A DNA stretch of 59,573 nucleotides, filler included. It is 4 parts of 4 records of this genome, joined end to end, with 100 filler letters (N's around TTAATTAATTAA, not from the genome) between each part and the next. Parts side by side here need not be neighbours in the genome. Positions count along the whole stretch, not along the records: positions 1 to 16,897 come from DRR378314_783; positions 16,998 to 25,201 come from DRR378314_786; 2 more parts are not named here. One strand, given 5' to 3'. Below are positions 9,212 through 18,776 of this stretch, one piece after another. Each line of letters begins with the position of its first letter. Within the stretch, counting starts at the first letter, position 1. A program made the position numbers and the translations under genes. A model generated the notes under the pieces. The model did not search any database, was not told the origin of the DNA, and saw only the letters and a program-made list of their open reading frames with translations.

Positions 9212-10636
9212 ATGCCACTGACCATCGGCCTCATCAAAGCCTCTTTGCCCAGCTATTTCCCCGCAAAGCACGGAGTTTTCGAGGCCTGCGAGGACTGGCT
9301 GGTAGAGCTGGCGACCCGCCATGGCGCTGAAGTTGTCGTGGCGACAGGCATTCCGATAAACGCGACCGAAGCCCGCGCGGCGGTGGCGGATGTGATGGCA
9401 AAGGGGGCGGATTTCCTACTGCTGTTGCATGGTGGGTTCACCATGGGAGACGTCGTGCGCGAGGTCGCGCGCGCGTCGCTGCCGATGGGGGTCTGGGCCA
9501 CGCCGGAACCAACGCTGACCGAAGACATACAGCTCAACAATTTCGTGTCGCTCAATATGTCGATGTCGATCGCAAAGGGCGTGCGCGACTTCGGTACGCG
9601 TCCAGTCCAATGGTATCTGGGCGCGCCGGGCGAAGATGCGCTGCAAGCCCGGATGGGTCAGACCATTCGTGCGCTCAGTGCCAGAAAGGCGCTTGAGGGT
9701 GTGCGAATCGGCGTTATTGGCGGGCTGGCCATGACCTTCTACAACATGGAGACTTCCTCTGACACGCTGATGCGCCAGCTTGGCGTCTGGTGCGACCATA
9801 TCGACATTCACCGGATGACGGACCAGATGGCAGCCCAATCAGAAGCGGACGTGTCAGCCGAACTGAAGGCGATGACCAAGGCCGCCGCGGTCCACGGCGT
9901 TTCGGATCAGCAGATGCAGCTGACGGCGCGCGCCGCACTGGCGCTGAGAACCATCGCTCGAGAGGCGGACTATGACGCGCTGACAGTCTCTGACTGGCCC
10001 GCCTTGCAAGACAACCCTGGCATGCATCCAGGCGCGGCCTTTAGCTGGTTGGAGGAAAACGACAGCCTGCCCATCGCCTCCGAAGGGGACATTTTGGGAG
10101 CCGTCACCCAGTTGATCGCCAAATCGCTCACCGGCAAGGTGGGCTGCCTGCTCGACATGACCTCGCCCGACTTCGACCGCGACCAGATCCTGATGTGGCA
10201 TGGGGGCGGCGGGCCGCTTTACATGGCCAAGGAAGAGGTCGTCTGGATCAACCACCCGATGATCGGGCGCGGTACGGACGCGGGACCGATCTATGGGGCC
10301 ATTGCAGATTACGAGTTCGCTCATGGTGCACACACCATTCTGCGCGTGTCACAAGGCGGGACAGCGCAGTTTGCCGTGGAATGCGACGTGGCGGAGGGGC
10401 CTGAGCCTGGGTTCACCGGCTGTCGTGGCTGGGTTGGCGATTTTTCCAGCGCAGACGGCACCTGTTCGGCCCGCGATCTGGTGACCAGCGTGATGGAACA
10501 CGGGCTTGAACACCATTTCATCCTGCTGCCTGGTCAGCACCGCGCCGTTTTCGAGGAATTTGCCGGGTGGTGTGGACTGGCCCCGCTTCCCATCATTCCC
10601 GCGCATGAGGGCCTGCCAAGGGGAGGCAGCCAATGA
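9212..10636 (+). CDS. L-fucose/L-arabinose isomerase family protein
   Basis: Motifs ASEGDILG, LLD, MWH.G and GLEHH. GAGGAG RBS. Confidence 0.75.
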   Translation: MPLTIGLIKASLPSYFPAKHGVFEACEDWLVELATRHGAEVVVATGIPINATEARAAVADVMAKGADFLLLLHGGFTMGDVVREVARASLPMGVWATPEPTLTEDIQLNNFVSLNMSMSIAKGVRDFGTRPVQWYLGAPGEDALQARMGQTIRALSARKALEGVRIGVIGGLAMTFYNMETSSDTLMRQLGVWCDHIDIHRMTDQMAAQSEADVSAELKAMTKAAAVHGVSDQQMQLTARAALALRTIAREADYDALTVSDWPALQDNPGMHPGAAFSWLEENDSLPIASEGDILGAVTQLIAKSLTGKVGCLLDMTSPDFDRDQILMWHGGGGPLYMAKEEVVWINHPMIGRGTDAGPIYGAIADYEFAHGAHTILRVSQGGTAQFAVECDVAEGPEPGFTGCRGWVGDFSSADGTCSARDLVTSVMEHGLEHHFILLPGQHRAVFEEFAGWCGLAPLPIIPAHEGLPRGGSQ

Positions 10637-11670
10637 CCGCAGTTCAGCTCAAGGGCGTGCGCAAGAGCTTTGGCACCTTCACGGCCATCTCCAAAATCGA
10701 CCTTGATATTAAGTCGGGTGAGTTAGTGGCGCTGCTGGGCCCGTCGGGCTGTGGCAAGACGACGACCCTACGCATGATCGCGGGGCTTGAGATTCCAACG
10801 GACGGGCAGATCCTCTTTGATAAGAAGGATGTGTCGGAAACGGCCGTGCAGAAACGCAACGTGGGCATGGTGTTTCAGCGCTACGCGCTATTTCCGCATA
10901 TGACCGTGGAAAAGAACGTGCTTTTCGGGCTCAAGGTGCGCGGCACGGACAAGGCCGAAATGGCACAAAGGCTCGAAGACATCCTTGAGGTCGTTCAGCT
11001 TCAGCAATTTCGGCATCGCTTTCCCGCCCAGCTTTCAGGCGGTCAGATGCAGCGCGTGGCCATCGCACGCACGCTCATTACCAACCCGTCCGTTCTGATG
11101 ATGGACGAACCACTTGCCAACTTAGACACCAAGCTGCGCGGCGAGATGCGGCGGTTCATCCGTGATCTGCAGCAGCGGCTTGGCATCACGACGATCTTCG
11201 TGACCCATGACCAGATCGAAGCGATGGAACTGGCGGACCGTGTGGCCGTGATCTTTGACGGTAATCTGGCGCAATACGCTGCGCCTGATGCGCTGTATCA
11301 GCAACCCAACAGCATCGAAATCGCGGATTTCATGGGGGCCACCAACGTCTTTGAGGCCGCGATCACGGGTAAATCTGCCACAACGGCCTTTGGTGCGCTC
11401 AGTTTCGCGACCAAAGCCGCCGACGGCCCGGCCCACGTTATGCTGCGCGGCGAGGCGATTGATCTGCACCTTACGGAACCATCTGGGGTTCAGAACCAGA
11501 TGCAGGGGCAGGTGACCGCCCGCGAGTTCTTTGGGGCCAACATCACCTATTCGGTCGACTGCAAGGGCGTGCGCATTCAGGTAACAGAGCAATCGCGCCG
11601 CATGGTGGATGTGGGTCAAGATGTCTGGCTGACCATTCCGCCCGACCGCATCTGGATCATTCAGAAGTAA
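10633..11670 (+). CDS. ABC transporter ATP-binding protein (PotA/MalK-type, TOBE domain)
   Basis: Motifs GPSGCGKT, LSGGQ and DEPLANLD. Confidence 0.95.
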   Translation: MTAVQLKGVRKSFGTFTAISKIDLDIKSGELVALLGPSGCGKTTTLRMIAGLEIPTDGQILFDKKDVSETAVQKRNVGMVFQRYALFPHMTVEKNVLFGLKVRGTDKAEMAQRLEDILEVVQLQQFRHRFPAQLSGGQMQRVAIARTLITNPSVLMMDEPLANLDTKLRGEMRRFIRDLQQRLGITTIFVTHDQIEAMELADRVAVIFDGNLAQYAAPDALYQQPNSIEIADFMGATNVFEAAITGKSATTAFGALSFATKAADGPAHVMLRGEAIDLHLTEPSGVQNQMQGQVTAREFFGANITYSVDCKGVRIQVTEQSRRMVDVGQDVWLTIPPDRIWIIQK

Positions 11671-11708
11671 CAGGACCAAACAAATTTATGTCAGAGGAGG
11701 AACGAACC

Positions 11709-13046
11709 ATGAGAAAGACACTATTGAGCCTGTCGGTGATCGGCAGCCTGATGGCGGGGGTGGCTATTGCCCAGGACGCCGACGCTTTCCGCGACGGTTT
11801 CATCGCCGGTGACATCAGTTGGGAAGACGTGCAGGCCCGCGCGAAGGAAGAGGGGCAAGTGAACCTTTACTACTGGGGCGGCAGCGACAAAATCAACATT
11901 TGGATGGATAGTGTCGCCGTGCCTGCACTGGCCGCCGAAGGGGTCACGTTGAACCCGGTGCGGATCACCGGCACCAAGGATGCCGTTGACCTCGTGCTGG
12001 CCGAAAAAGGCTCTGGCAAGGGGTTGGGCGAAGGCAGTGTTGACGCGATCTGGGTGAATGGCGAAAATTTTGCCACGCTCAAGCGGCAGGATGCCCTGAT
12101 GGGTGCCTTTGCCGACAAGTTGCCCAACAGCGCCAACATCGAATGGAACCCGGAGGATCCCCGTGCGCTGCTGAACCTGCGCGATTTCGGGGTCGAGACC
12201 AACGCGTCCGAGATGCCATGGTCTGGTCAGCAGTATGTCTGCGCGGTCAATACCACTCGTGTGCCGGCCGATCAGGTCCCTGGCACATTCGCAGAGCTGA
12301 TGAACTATCTAGAGGCGAATCCGGGTAAGTTCACATACGTCAAGCCACCTCATTTCATCGGCAACACCTTTGTTCAGGCGACGGTCTATGCCCTCAACCC
12401 CGATGGCAACAGCGCGGTCCCCTTCCAAAGCTCCATCGATGAGTTGGGCGCGGCAGAGCTGGCGCGGCTGATCACGCCCGGCATGGAATACCTTAAGGCG
12501 TTGGAGCCGCATCTGCTTGGTGCAGGCGGCAATGCGCGTTATCCGGAAGATCCCAAGGCGCTGGACGGTCTGTTCCTGAATGGCGAGATCGACTTTTCCT
12601 GCCAATTCGGCCTTTACGGTGTGGCCACCGGCCTGCGCGATGGTACCTATCCCGAAGGGGCAGAGCAGTTCATCTTTCCTGAAGGGAACATGATCAAGAA
12701 CAAGAACTATCTTGTGATCCCCGGCAATGCGCCCAATCCTGCAGCGGCGATGGTTATGGCCAACTACATGGCGTCGGTCGACAGCCAGGCCACCAAGCTG
12801 GAAATCGCCGGTATGCCTCCGGGCATTGACCCCTGGAAACTGAGCGCGGACGACGCGGCCAAACTCGATGCGGCTTCCCCCGGTTTGGTGGGCGTGACGC
12901 AGGCCGATCTTGACGCCAATACAGCCCCCGACACGAACGCCACGCTGGTAGATGTGATCGAGGCGACTTGGCTCGAATACATCGAACGCGATAGTAGCGA
13001 AAGCATCGCGTCGATTGTCGAGACCGCCGTCGCGAACCTGAACTAA
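11709..13046 (+). CDS. ABC transporter substrate-binding protein (YnjB-like)
   Basis: Signal peptide, V.LYYWGGS..IN, D.IW.NGENF and IP.NAPN.AAA. Confidence 0.85.
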   Translation: MRKTLLSLSVIGSLMAGVAIAQDADAFRDGFIAGDISWEDVQARAKEEGQVNLYYWGGSDKINIWMDSVAVPALAAEGVTLNPVRITGTKDAVDLVLAEKGSGKGLGEGSVDAIWVNGENFATLKRQDALMGAFADKLPNSANIEWNPEDPRALLNLRDFGVETNASEMPWSGQQYVCAVNTTRVPADQVPGTFAELMNYLEANPGKFTYVKPPHFIGNTFVQATVYALNPDGNSAVPFQSSIDELGAAELARLITPGMEYLKALEPHLLGAGGNARYPEDPKALDGLFLNGEIDFSCQFGLYGVATGLRDGTYPEGAEQFIFPEGNMIKNKNYLVIPGNAPNPAAAMVMANYMASVDSQATKLEIAGMPPGIDPWKLSADDAAKLDAASPGLVGVTQADLDANTAPDTNATLVDVIEATWLEYIERDSSESIASIVETAVANLN

Positions 13047-13053
13047 GCCTCAT

Positions 13054-13082
13054 CGGGGTCCCGGCTCTTTGCCGGGGCCCCG
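13054..13082 (+). terminator. GC-rich stem-loop after the SBP gene (mRNA stabiliser/attenuator)
   Basis: cggggtcccggc-tcttt-gccggggccccg forms a 12-bp stem with one G-U pair. No U-tract. Confidence 0.6.
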
Positions 13083-13097
13083 CTGCAAAGGAAGACA

Positions 13098-14000
13098 ATG
13101 TCCAAGACAAAGGAACTCGCCCGCCACAAACGTGAACGCACCTGGATGTGGATCCAGTTGATGCCGGTGATGCTGGTGTTAACGGTCCTCTTTGGGGGCG
13201 CGCTGGTATTGGGTGTTGCACAATCACTGGGGTTCGCGCCCTGGTTCGGGGTCAACACATTTCCCGATTTTTCCTATTTCGCAGCGCTTTGGGGGGATAG
13301 TTTTTTCTGGAAGTCTCTTGGTCTGACGCTCTATTACGCCGTCGCGGCAACGCTGATCTCTCTGGTACTGGGCATCCTGTTGGCGCTGGCGCTGGTGCGG
13401 ACGTTCCCCTCCAAGACGTTTTACAAATACCTCTACAAGCTGCCGCTAATGATTCCCTACACGGTGGGTATTGCGCTGGCGGTGATTATGCTTGGCAACG
13501 GCGGCATGCTGTCGCGCCTGATGGCCTTCACAGGGTTTATCGATGATCCCAACCAGTTTCCGCAGATCCTCAAGACCCACATGGGCTGGGGCATCATCGC
13601 CGTCTATGTCTGGAAGCAGACCCCCTTTGTGGCCCTGACGATCTATGCCGTCTTACTGGGTGTAGGCCGTGAAACCGAAGAGGCGGCCGCCATCCTCGGC
13701 GCGAACAAGCGCCAGATCTTCTTTCAGGTTACACTGCCGCAGATCCTGCCCGGCATCATCTCGTCCACGTTGATCATATTCGCCTTCAACATCGGCGCTT
13801 TCGAGGCGCCCTTTATCCTTGGCGGCGGATTTCCGGACACCCTGCCGGTGGTCGCGTGGCGCTACTTCAACGACGCGGACTATACGCTGCAGTTGCAGGG
13901 CATGGCCACTGTCGTGTCCATTGCGCTGGTGGCCGGTGTGATCCTTTATAGCTACCTTGCCTTCTACCGCCGCTACGAACGTCGGATAGGGCGCAGCTGA
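13098..14000 (+). CDS. ABC transporter permease
   Basis: TM helices and EAA loop EEAAAILGA. Confidence 0.92.
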   Translation: MSKTKELARHKRERTWMWIQLMPVMLVLTVLFGGALVLGVAQSLGFAPWFGVNTFPDFSYFAALWGDSFFWKSLGLTLYYAVAATLISLVLGILLALALVRTFPSKTFYKYLYKLPLMIPYTVGIALAVIMLGNGGMLSRLMAFTGFIDDPNQFPQILKTHMGWGIIAVYVWKQTPFVALTIYAVLLGVGRETEEAAAILGANKRQIFFQVTLPQILPGIISSTLIIFAFNIGAFEAPFILGGGFPDTLPVVAWRYFNDADYTLQLQGMATVVSIALVAGVILYSYLAFYRRYERRIGRS

Positions 14001-14863
14001 TGGCCCGCGAGTCCGCCTCTGTCGCTTTGAATGAACGGCTGTCGCCGTACCAAAAACTCTACCTGCTGCTGATCGCGGGCTTCATCCTTGGTCCGTTCAT
14101 CCCGCTTATCATTCAAAGCTTTGCCTTTAAGTGGGCATGGCCCGATCTGCTGCCCGGCACATGGTGGCTGGAACAGCGTGAGAAATCGGTGCTGCCGCTA
14201 GCCTGGGACTATGTCATTTCGCCTTACAGCCAGGTCTGGGAGGCGACGCTGAACACAGTCTTCATCGGTTGTGTAGTAACACTGATTGCCCTCGTCATCT
14301 GTCTGCCAGCCGCACGGGTACTGGCGCGGGAAAACTTTCGTGGCAAGCCAGCCTTCGAGTTTTTCCTATCGATGCCGCTCATCGTGCCTGAGGCTGCTAT
14401 AGGCATCGCACTGTTGATGATCTTCATTAACATCGGACTGGCGGGCACCTATATCGGGATCATCATCGTCCACCTGATCCCAACGATTCCCTATATGATC
14501 CGCATGTTGACGGCGGTCTATCAGGGGTTGGGCCGCGATTTTGAGGAACAGGCCATGATCCTTGGAGCCAGCCGCTGGCAAATCCTGCGCATGGTCACTC
14601 TGCCCATGTTGTTACCGGGTGTGGTGGCAGGGGCGCTTTTCACATTCCTCGTCTCTACCAACATCTTCCTGCTGACCTTCTTCATGGGTCAGGGCAAGAT
14701 CGTGACATTGCCGACGTTACTGTTTTCGAAAATCTCGGGCGGCACGCTGGATGCCTCGGCTGCGGGCATCACGCTGGTGGTCACAATGCCGGGGATCATC
14801 TTGCTGCTCATCACCGAACGATTCATCAAGGAAGAAGCCTTTGGAAAGGGCTTCGGCAACTAG
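14000..14863 (+). CDS. ABC transporter permease
   Basis: TM helices and EAA-like loop EEQAMILGA. Confidence 0.92.
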   Translation: MARESASVALNERLSPYQKLYLLLIAGFILGPFIPLIIQSFAFKWAWPDLLPGTWWLEQREKSVLPLAWDYVISPYSQVWEATLNTVFIGCVVTLIALVICLPAARVLARENFRGKPAFEFFLSMPLIVPEAAIGIALLMIFINIGLAGTYIGIIIVHLIPTIPYMIRMLTAVYQGLGRDFEEQAMILGASRWQILRMVTLPMLLPGVVAGALFTFLVSTNIFLLTFFMGQGKIVTLPTLLFSKISGGTLDASAAGITLVVTMPGIILLLITERFIKEEAFGKGFGN

Positions 14864-14875
14864 AGAGGTTTGCCC

Positions 14876-15985
14876 ATGACCACGCTGCAAGACGCCGTTC
14901 GCAGGTTCACGCCATTGGACCCCGATCTGATGGTACAGCGCTTGGGCCGCCCGGGCCCGATGCCGCGCGTGATCATCGACACGGACACCGCAAATGAAAT
15001 AGACGATCAATATGCGGTCGCATGGGCGATCCTGTCACAGGACCGCCTCAAGCTCGAAGGCGTGACGGCGGCCCCGTTTTCCTTTTTGCACCACCGTGAT
15101 GGACTTTATGACGCCGTGGCAGCCCTGCAAAAGGGTGGTGGTACGGATCACGACAGCAAGTTCGTCGGCCCCTTTGCAGGCTGGGCCAAGCGCCTGCTGG
15201 CCGATGGCCGCACGGCGGACGATATTGAATTCGTGACGCCGGATGTGGGTGAAAAACGCTCCTACGACGAGATCATCCGCGTCTTTGACGCCTGCCACGA
15301 ACCGCATGAAGGCCGCGTATTTCGCGGCGCGCAGGAGCATCTGCCGGGTTACGATAAACCTGTCGACTCCGATGCTGTGCAATTTATCATCAAGCAGGCT
15401 CGCAACCACGCGGATGGTCCGGTTTATATCCTCGCCATGGGTGCCCTGCCCAACATCGGGTCTGCGCTGCTGATGGCGCCGGACATCATCGACAACATCG
15501 TTGTGGTTTGGACCTCCGGCTTTCCCAGTTATGCGCCCTTTTGCAATGAACCTTCGCTGAACCTCGTTCAGGACCAACGCTCCTCCCGGCTTTTGTTCGA
15601 ATGCGGCGTGCCGCATGTGTATCTGCCGGGGTATCATGTGGGGGCGCAATTGACGATCTCACTGCCCGAGATGGAACGCTTTGTGAAGGGACGAGGGGAC
15701 ATCGGCGACTACCTTTGGCACCTTTACACCAACAATCCACTGCATGTGAAATACGCCATCAGCGAACCCGAAACCAAGACATGGGTGATCTGGGACATCA
15801 TCAACGTCGCCTGGATGCTGGATGCAGCCTATGTGCCGACACATATGACAGCCTCGCCACATCTGAGAGAAGACCTCTACTGGCACCAACAAGACAATCG
15901 GCATGCCATGCTTGAGGCATATGATGTCGCCCGCGACGCAGTGTTCGAGGATTTCTATCGATGTTTGGTAGAGGCCCCAGGCTGA
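14876..15985 (+). CDS. Nucleoside hydrolase (IU-NH family)
   Basis: N-terminal IIDTDTANEIDD Ca-binding motif, plus GALPNIGSAL, NL.QD and IWD. Confidence 0.88.
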   Translation: MTTLQDAVRRFTPLDPDLMVQRLGRPGPMPRVIIDTDTANEIDDQYAVAWAILSQDRLKLEGVTAAPFSFLHHRDGLYDAVAALQKGGGTDHDSKFVGPFAGWAKRLLADGRTADDIEFVTPDVGEKRSYDEIIRVFDACHEPHEGRVFRGAQEHLPGYDKPVDSDAVQFIIKQARNHADGPVYILAMGALPNIGSALLMAPDIIDNIVVVWTSGFPSYAPFCNEPSLNLVQDQRSSRLLFECGVPHVYLPGYHVGAQLTISLPEMERFVKGRGDIGDYLWHLYTNNPLHVKYAISEPETKTWVIWDIINVAWMLDAAYVPTHMTASPHLREDLYWHQQDNRHAMLEAYDVARDAVFEDFYRCLVEAPG

Positions 15986-15994
15986 GCTTTGGTC

Positions 15995-16747
15995 TTAGCG
16001 CCCAGCAGCCCCTAACGCGATTTCGAGCGCAACGTCAAAGACCGCGTCATTGGAGCGCTTCAACGCCTCTGCTGACTCCGGTGGCAATGGGTCATTGAAT
16101 GTGCGCCCCTCGAACAACTGATCCCATACAGTCAGGAGTGAAAAGGTCCGCGCTCCAAACCTGTCGCCAACTGCAACCACCGCCGAGGTTTCCATATCGA
16201 TCGAAGCGATGCCCTCGCGCGCCCATTCGGCACACATCTCGTCCGACTGCGCAAAGAGGCTGGGCCACGTCAGGTGCCGCGTGCGTTGGGAGGGGATGCC
16301 ACGTTGCGATAAGGCGCACTCGGCTGCGCTGACAAGATCAGGATCGGTCATCACTTTTTCACCCGCCCCGTAGTACTGCGATACTCCGTCGCGCGCTTGG
16401 CATTCCACGGGCAAGGCCACAACCCCTGTCCCCGCATTCGGGTCCAGCGACCCGCAGGTTCCGAGTTGGATCATCAACTTCGTTCCCAACTGCCCGAACA
16501 CATGTGCAGGTTCCACCGCCCGCGCTGCGCCATAAGCACAGCAATATGCGATTCGGACACCGTTACTGTCCCCGACGAACATTTCTGGAAAGGCCAGTTC
16601 AGCCACGTTGTTGAGCTTACTCAAACGCGCTTGTGTTGCGGTTTCTCGCCACCAGGTGCCTTCAAGGATCAATGCAGTGGGCTCGCACCCTTCTGCGATC
16701 CCCAATGCGTCCCGCCAATGCTGTGCGTCGTAGTTCAGTATGGCCAC
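15995..16747 (-). CDS. Nucleoside phosphorylase (PNP/UDP family 1)
   Basis: Motifs LGTCGSL, DGVSQYY and IDMETSA. Confidence 0.82.
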   Translation of the reverse strand: MAILNYDAQHWRDALGIAEGCEPTALILEGTWWRETATQARLSKLNNVAELAFPEMFVGDSNGVRIAYCCAYGAARAVEPAHVFGQLGTKLMIQLGTCGSLDPNAGTGVVALPVECQARDGVSQYYGAGEKVMTDPDLVSAAECALSQRGIPSQRTRHLTWPSLFAQSDEMCAEWAREGIASIDMETSAVVAVGDRFGARTFSLLTVWDQLFEGRTFNDPLPPESAEALKRSNDAVFDVALEIALGAAGR

Positions 16748-16867
16748 GATGCCTGATTTCTCCGTAATGGAACTAGAGTTACCTGACTACATTATCAGAT
16801 CCGTGCAGCATTGGTTGCTCAAAGTTTGACAAGAGGCCAATCATTTTAATCTCTTCCATAGACGCCT

Positions 16868-16897
16868 GGATCTGTTGCAAACTTTTGACCATTGACC
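16868..16897 (+). mobile_element. IS6-family terminal inverted repeat at the contig end
   Basis: Sequence ggatctgttgcaaacttttgaccattgacc. Positions 16874-16897 are identical to 1-24. Confidence 0.85.
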
Positions 16898-16997
16898 NNN
16901 NNNNNNNNNNNNNNNNNNNNNNNNNNNNNNNNNNNNNNNNNTTAATTAATTAANNNNNNNNNNNNNNNNNNNNNNNNNNNNNNNNNNNNNNNNNNNN
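16898..16997. other. Artificial contig spacer (N run with TTAATTAATTAA linker)
   Basis: 100 nt, identical in layout to the two other spacers. Confidence 0.98.
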
Positions 16998-17231
16998 CGG
17001 CCTCTGGTTTCATGTGTCTATACTGCAAGCGAAATCGCGCTCCTGTTGTCGTTAAATTCCCCTGCCATTGCCGCATATGACATGCAACCGGTATCATGAG
17101 ACGTTGTTGGTCGGTGGAGAGTTCAATTTTTCATCCATCGTAGCTGGGAAGCGTGGTTGTGCGAAAGCGCTTGCGTGCGCCCAATTGTCTGACAGTTCTC
17201 GACGTTTGCTTGGGCGGTCCGCGGCGCCGCT

Positions 17232-18392
17232 GTGCAGGCAAGCTCGACCGCAGTGGCTGCAAGCGCTCCAAGCTCTACTAGCACCAGAGGCGCGCCAGCC
17301 GAGCCTCTTATCGACTTCCGCAACGATATTGAAGGTATTCTCCTCGTAAAGTCAAGCTCTGATCTCGTGCAGATTTCACGAAAGCGGTTCGTATGCGTTA
17401 AAGGCACGGTACTCTGCGTATACAACTCGGAGCGCGACTCGCAGGGCACTTTCATCCCGCTCAACCAGGCGAAGATCTCGTTCGGTGGAAGTGACGGGCA
17501 GGATCGGACGTGCTTTGTGATTACCCTCGGCGACCAAGTGCGTTTTTGCCCACTTTATCCTTTTGTTTCAGAGAACATGCATGGTTCTGCAGATTTTCGC
17601 CGAACTCGGAGGATGTCAGACTGCTGCTGATGACGCGCAGTGCTCCGTGGTTGCCTTTCTTGTAAACGGCTCGCGCGAGCGTGTCCCCGTTGGTAGTTGC
17701 GCGTCTTTGCTTGTTGTCGCCGTGCGCACTTCCCAAGGCAACTGCTTTTCCGTTGCCACCAAGTAACCGCGCGTTTTGCGTATCTCCTTGCGTCGTAGGA
17801 ATTCACTTTTACAGCGCCCAATGGCCCCGAGCAACTGACGCAGTGGCTCCGTGTCATTGACGGGAACCGCGGTCCGGTGTCAGAGTTTGAAGACGTATCG
17901 ATTTTGAGCTACAGCAAGTACGTTTTTCCCGTTGCGCTTCCTCTTCTGCGGTTAGCGAGGATCAGATGGCTGTGTACGCATTATGGGTCTGCCGTAGACA
18001 CAGCGAGGCTCTACGACTCCCGCGCGTTAATGTTACGCAGCGCAGTTGGTTTGCATGTCTTTTTCTTTCTTCCCATCGTGTGCTCGCTCGCTCGTTGCTT
18101 GCGGAGAAGAGGGTCGTAGCCCCTCGCGCGCTTCGGCTGAATTGGCACGGCTGTCGTGCTCGTAGCCGTTCGTGTGTCTCATCCTTGCCTTTCCCGTAAT
18201 GTCAAATGATGTTTTGTGCGTAGATACGTTATGAAACCCCGTCGGTACGATCGGGCGGTGTCGAACGACAAGGAAGACCTTGCACCCGTCCCTGAGGAAG
18301 ACGACGAAGGCTCGGAGGAAGCTCCTCCGCGCGTGCGCGAAGGTGGCGAGGATACCACGGGCGCCGCCACCGAGAGTGGTGCTGAGCAGTGA
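17232..18392 (+). CDS. Eukaryotic PH-domain protein, 3' exons (5' end uncertain)
   Basis: EGILLVK...KRFVCVKGTVLCVY...CFVI is joined in frame across GT-AG intron 17538-17798 to EFTFTA....LTQWLRVI. A second intron, 17918-18223, leads to an acidic tail and TGA at 18390-18392. Confidence 0.7.
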
Positions 18393-18776
18393 TTGCCGCG
18401 TCATCCCCTCCCCGCCGCGCAACGGTGGTGCTTTGCAGTGGTGTGGAAGAGCGCTGGCTGAAGATCTGCGCTGTAATATATGCTGTCTGAATGCTTGCTT
18501 GGTTCTGCGACGATGTGCATTCACCGCGCTCTTCGCTTGACGACGGCACAGGGCGCACGTGCGAATCTTGGTACTCGTCGCCTTTTTCCCGCCGCCACAA
18601 CCTGCCACTCTTTTGAGCACCTCGTGTATTCATTTCCATCACGGCCCCGCAGGTGCGCTGCCCATATTTCCCTGGCAAGTGCTACGTTCACTACTGCGAA
18701 AACAGCGCAGACGAGTCCTGATGAAAATCATCAACAGAAGAACGAAATGAACCACGTGGTGGAGTATCATCCTTCA

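Noticed and set aside
16942-16953. TTAATTAATTAA palindrome, repeated at 25246-25257 and 52536-52547
   Set aside because: It sits inside N runs at a fixed position, so it is an artificial six-frame-stop linker and not a regulatory site.
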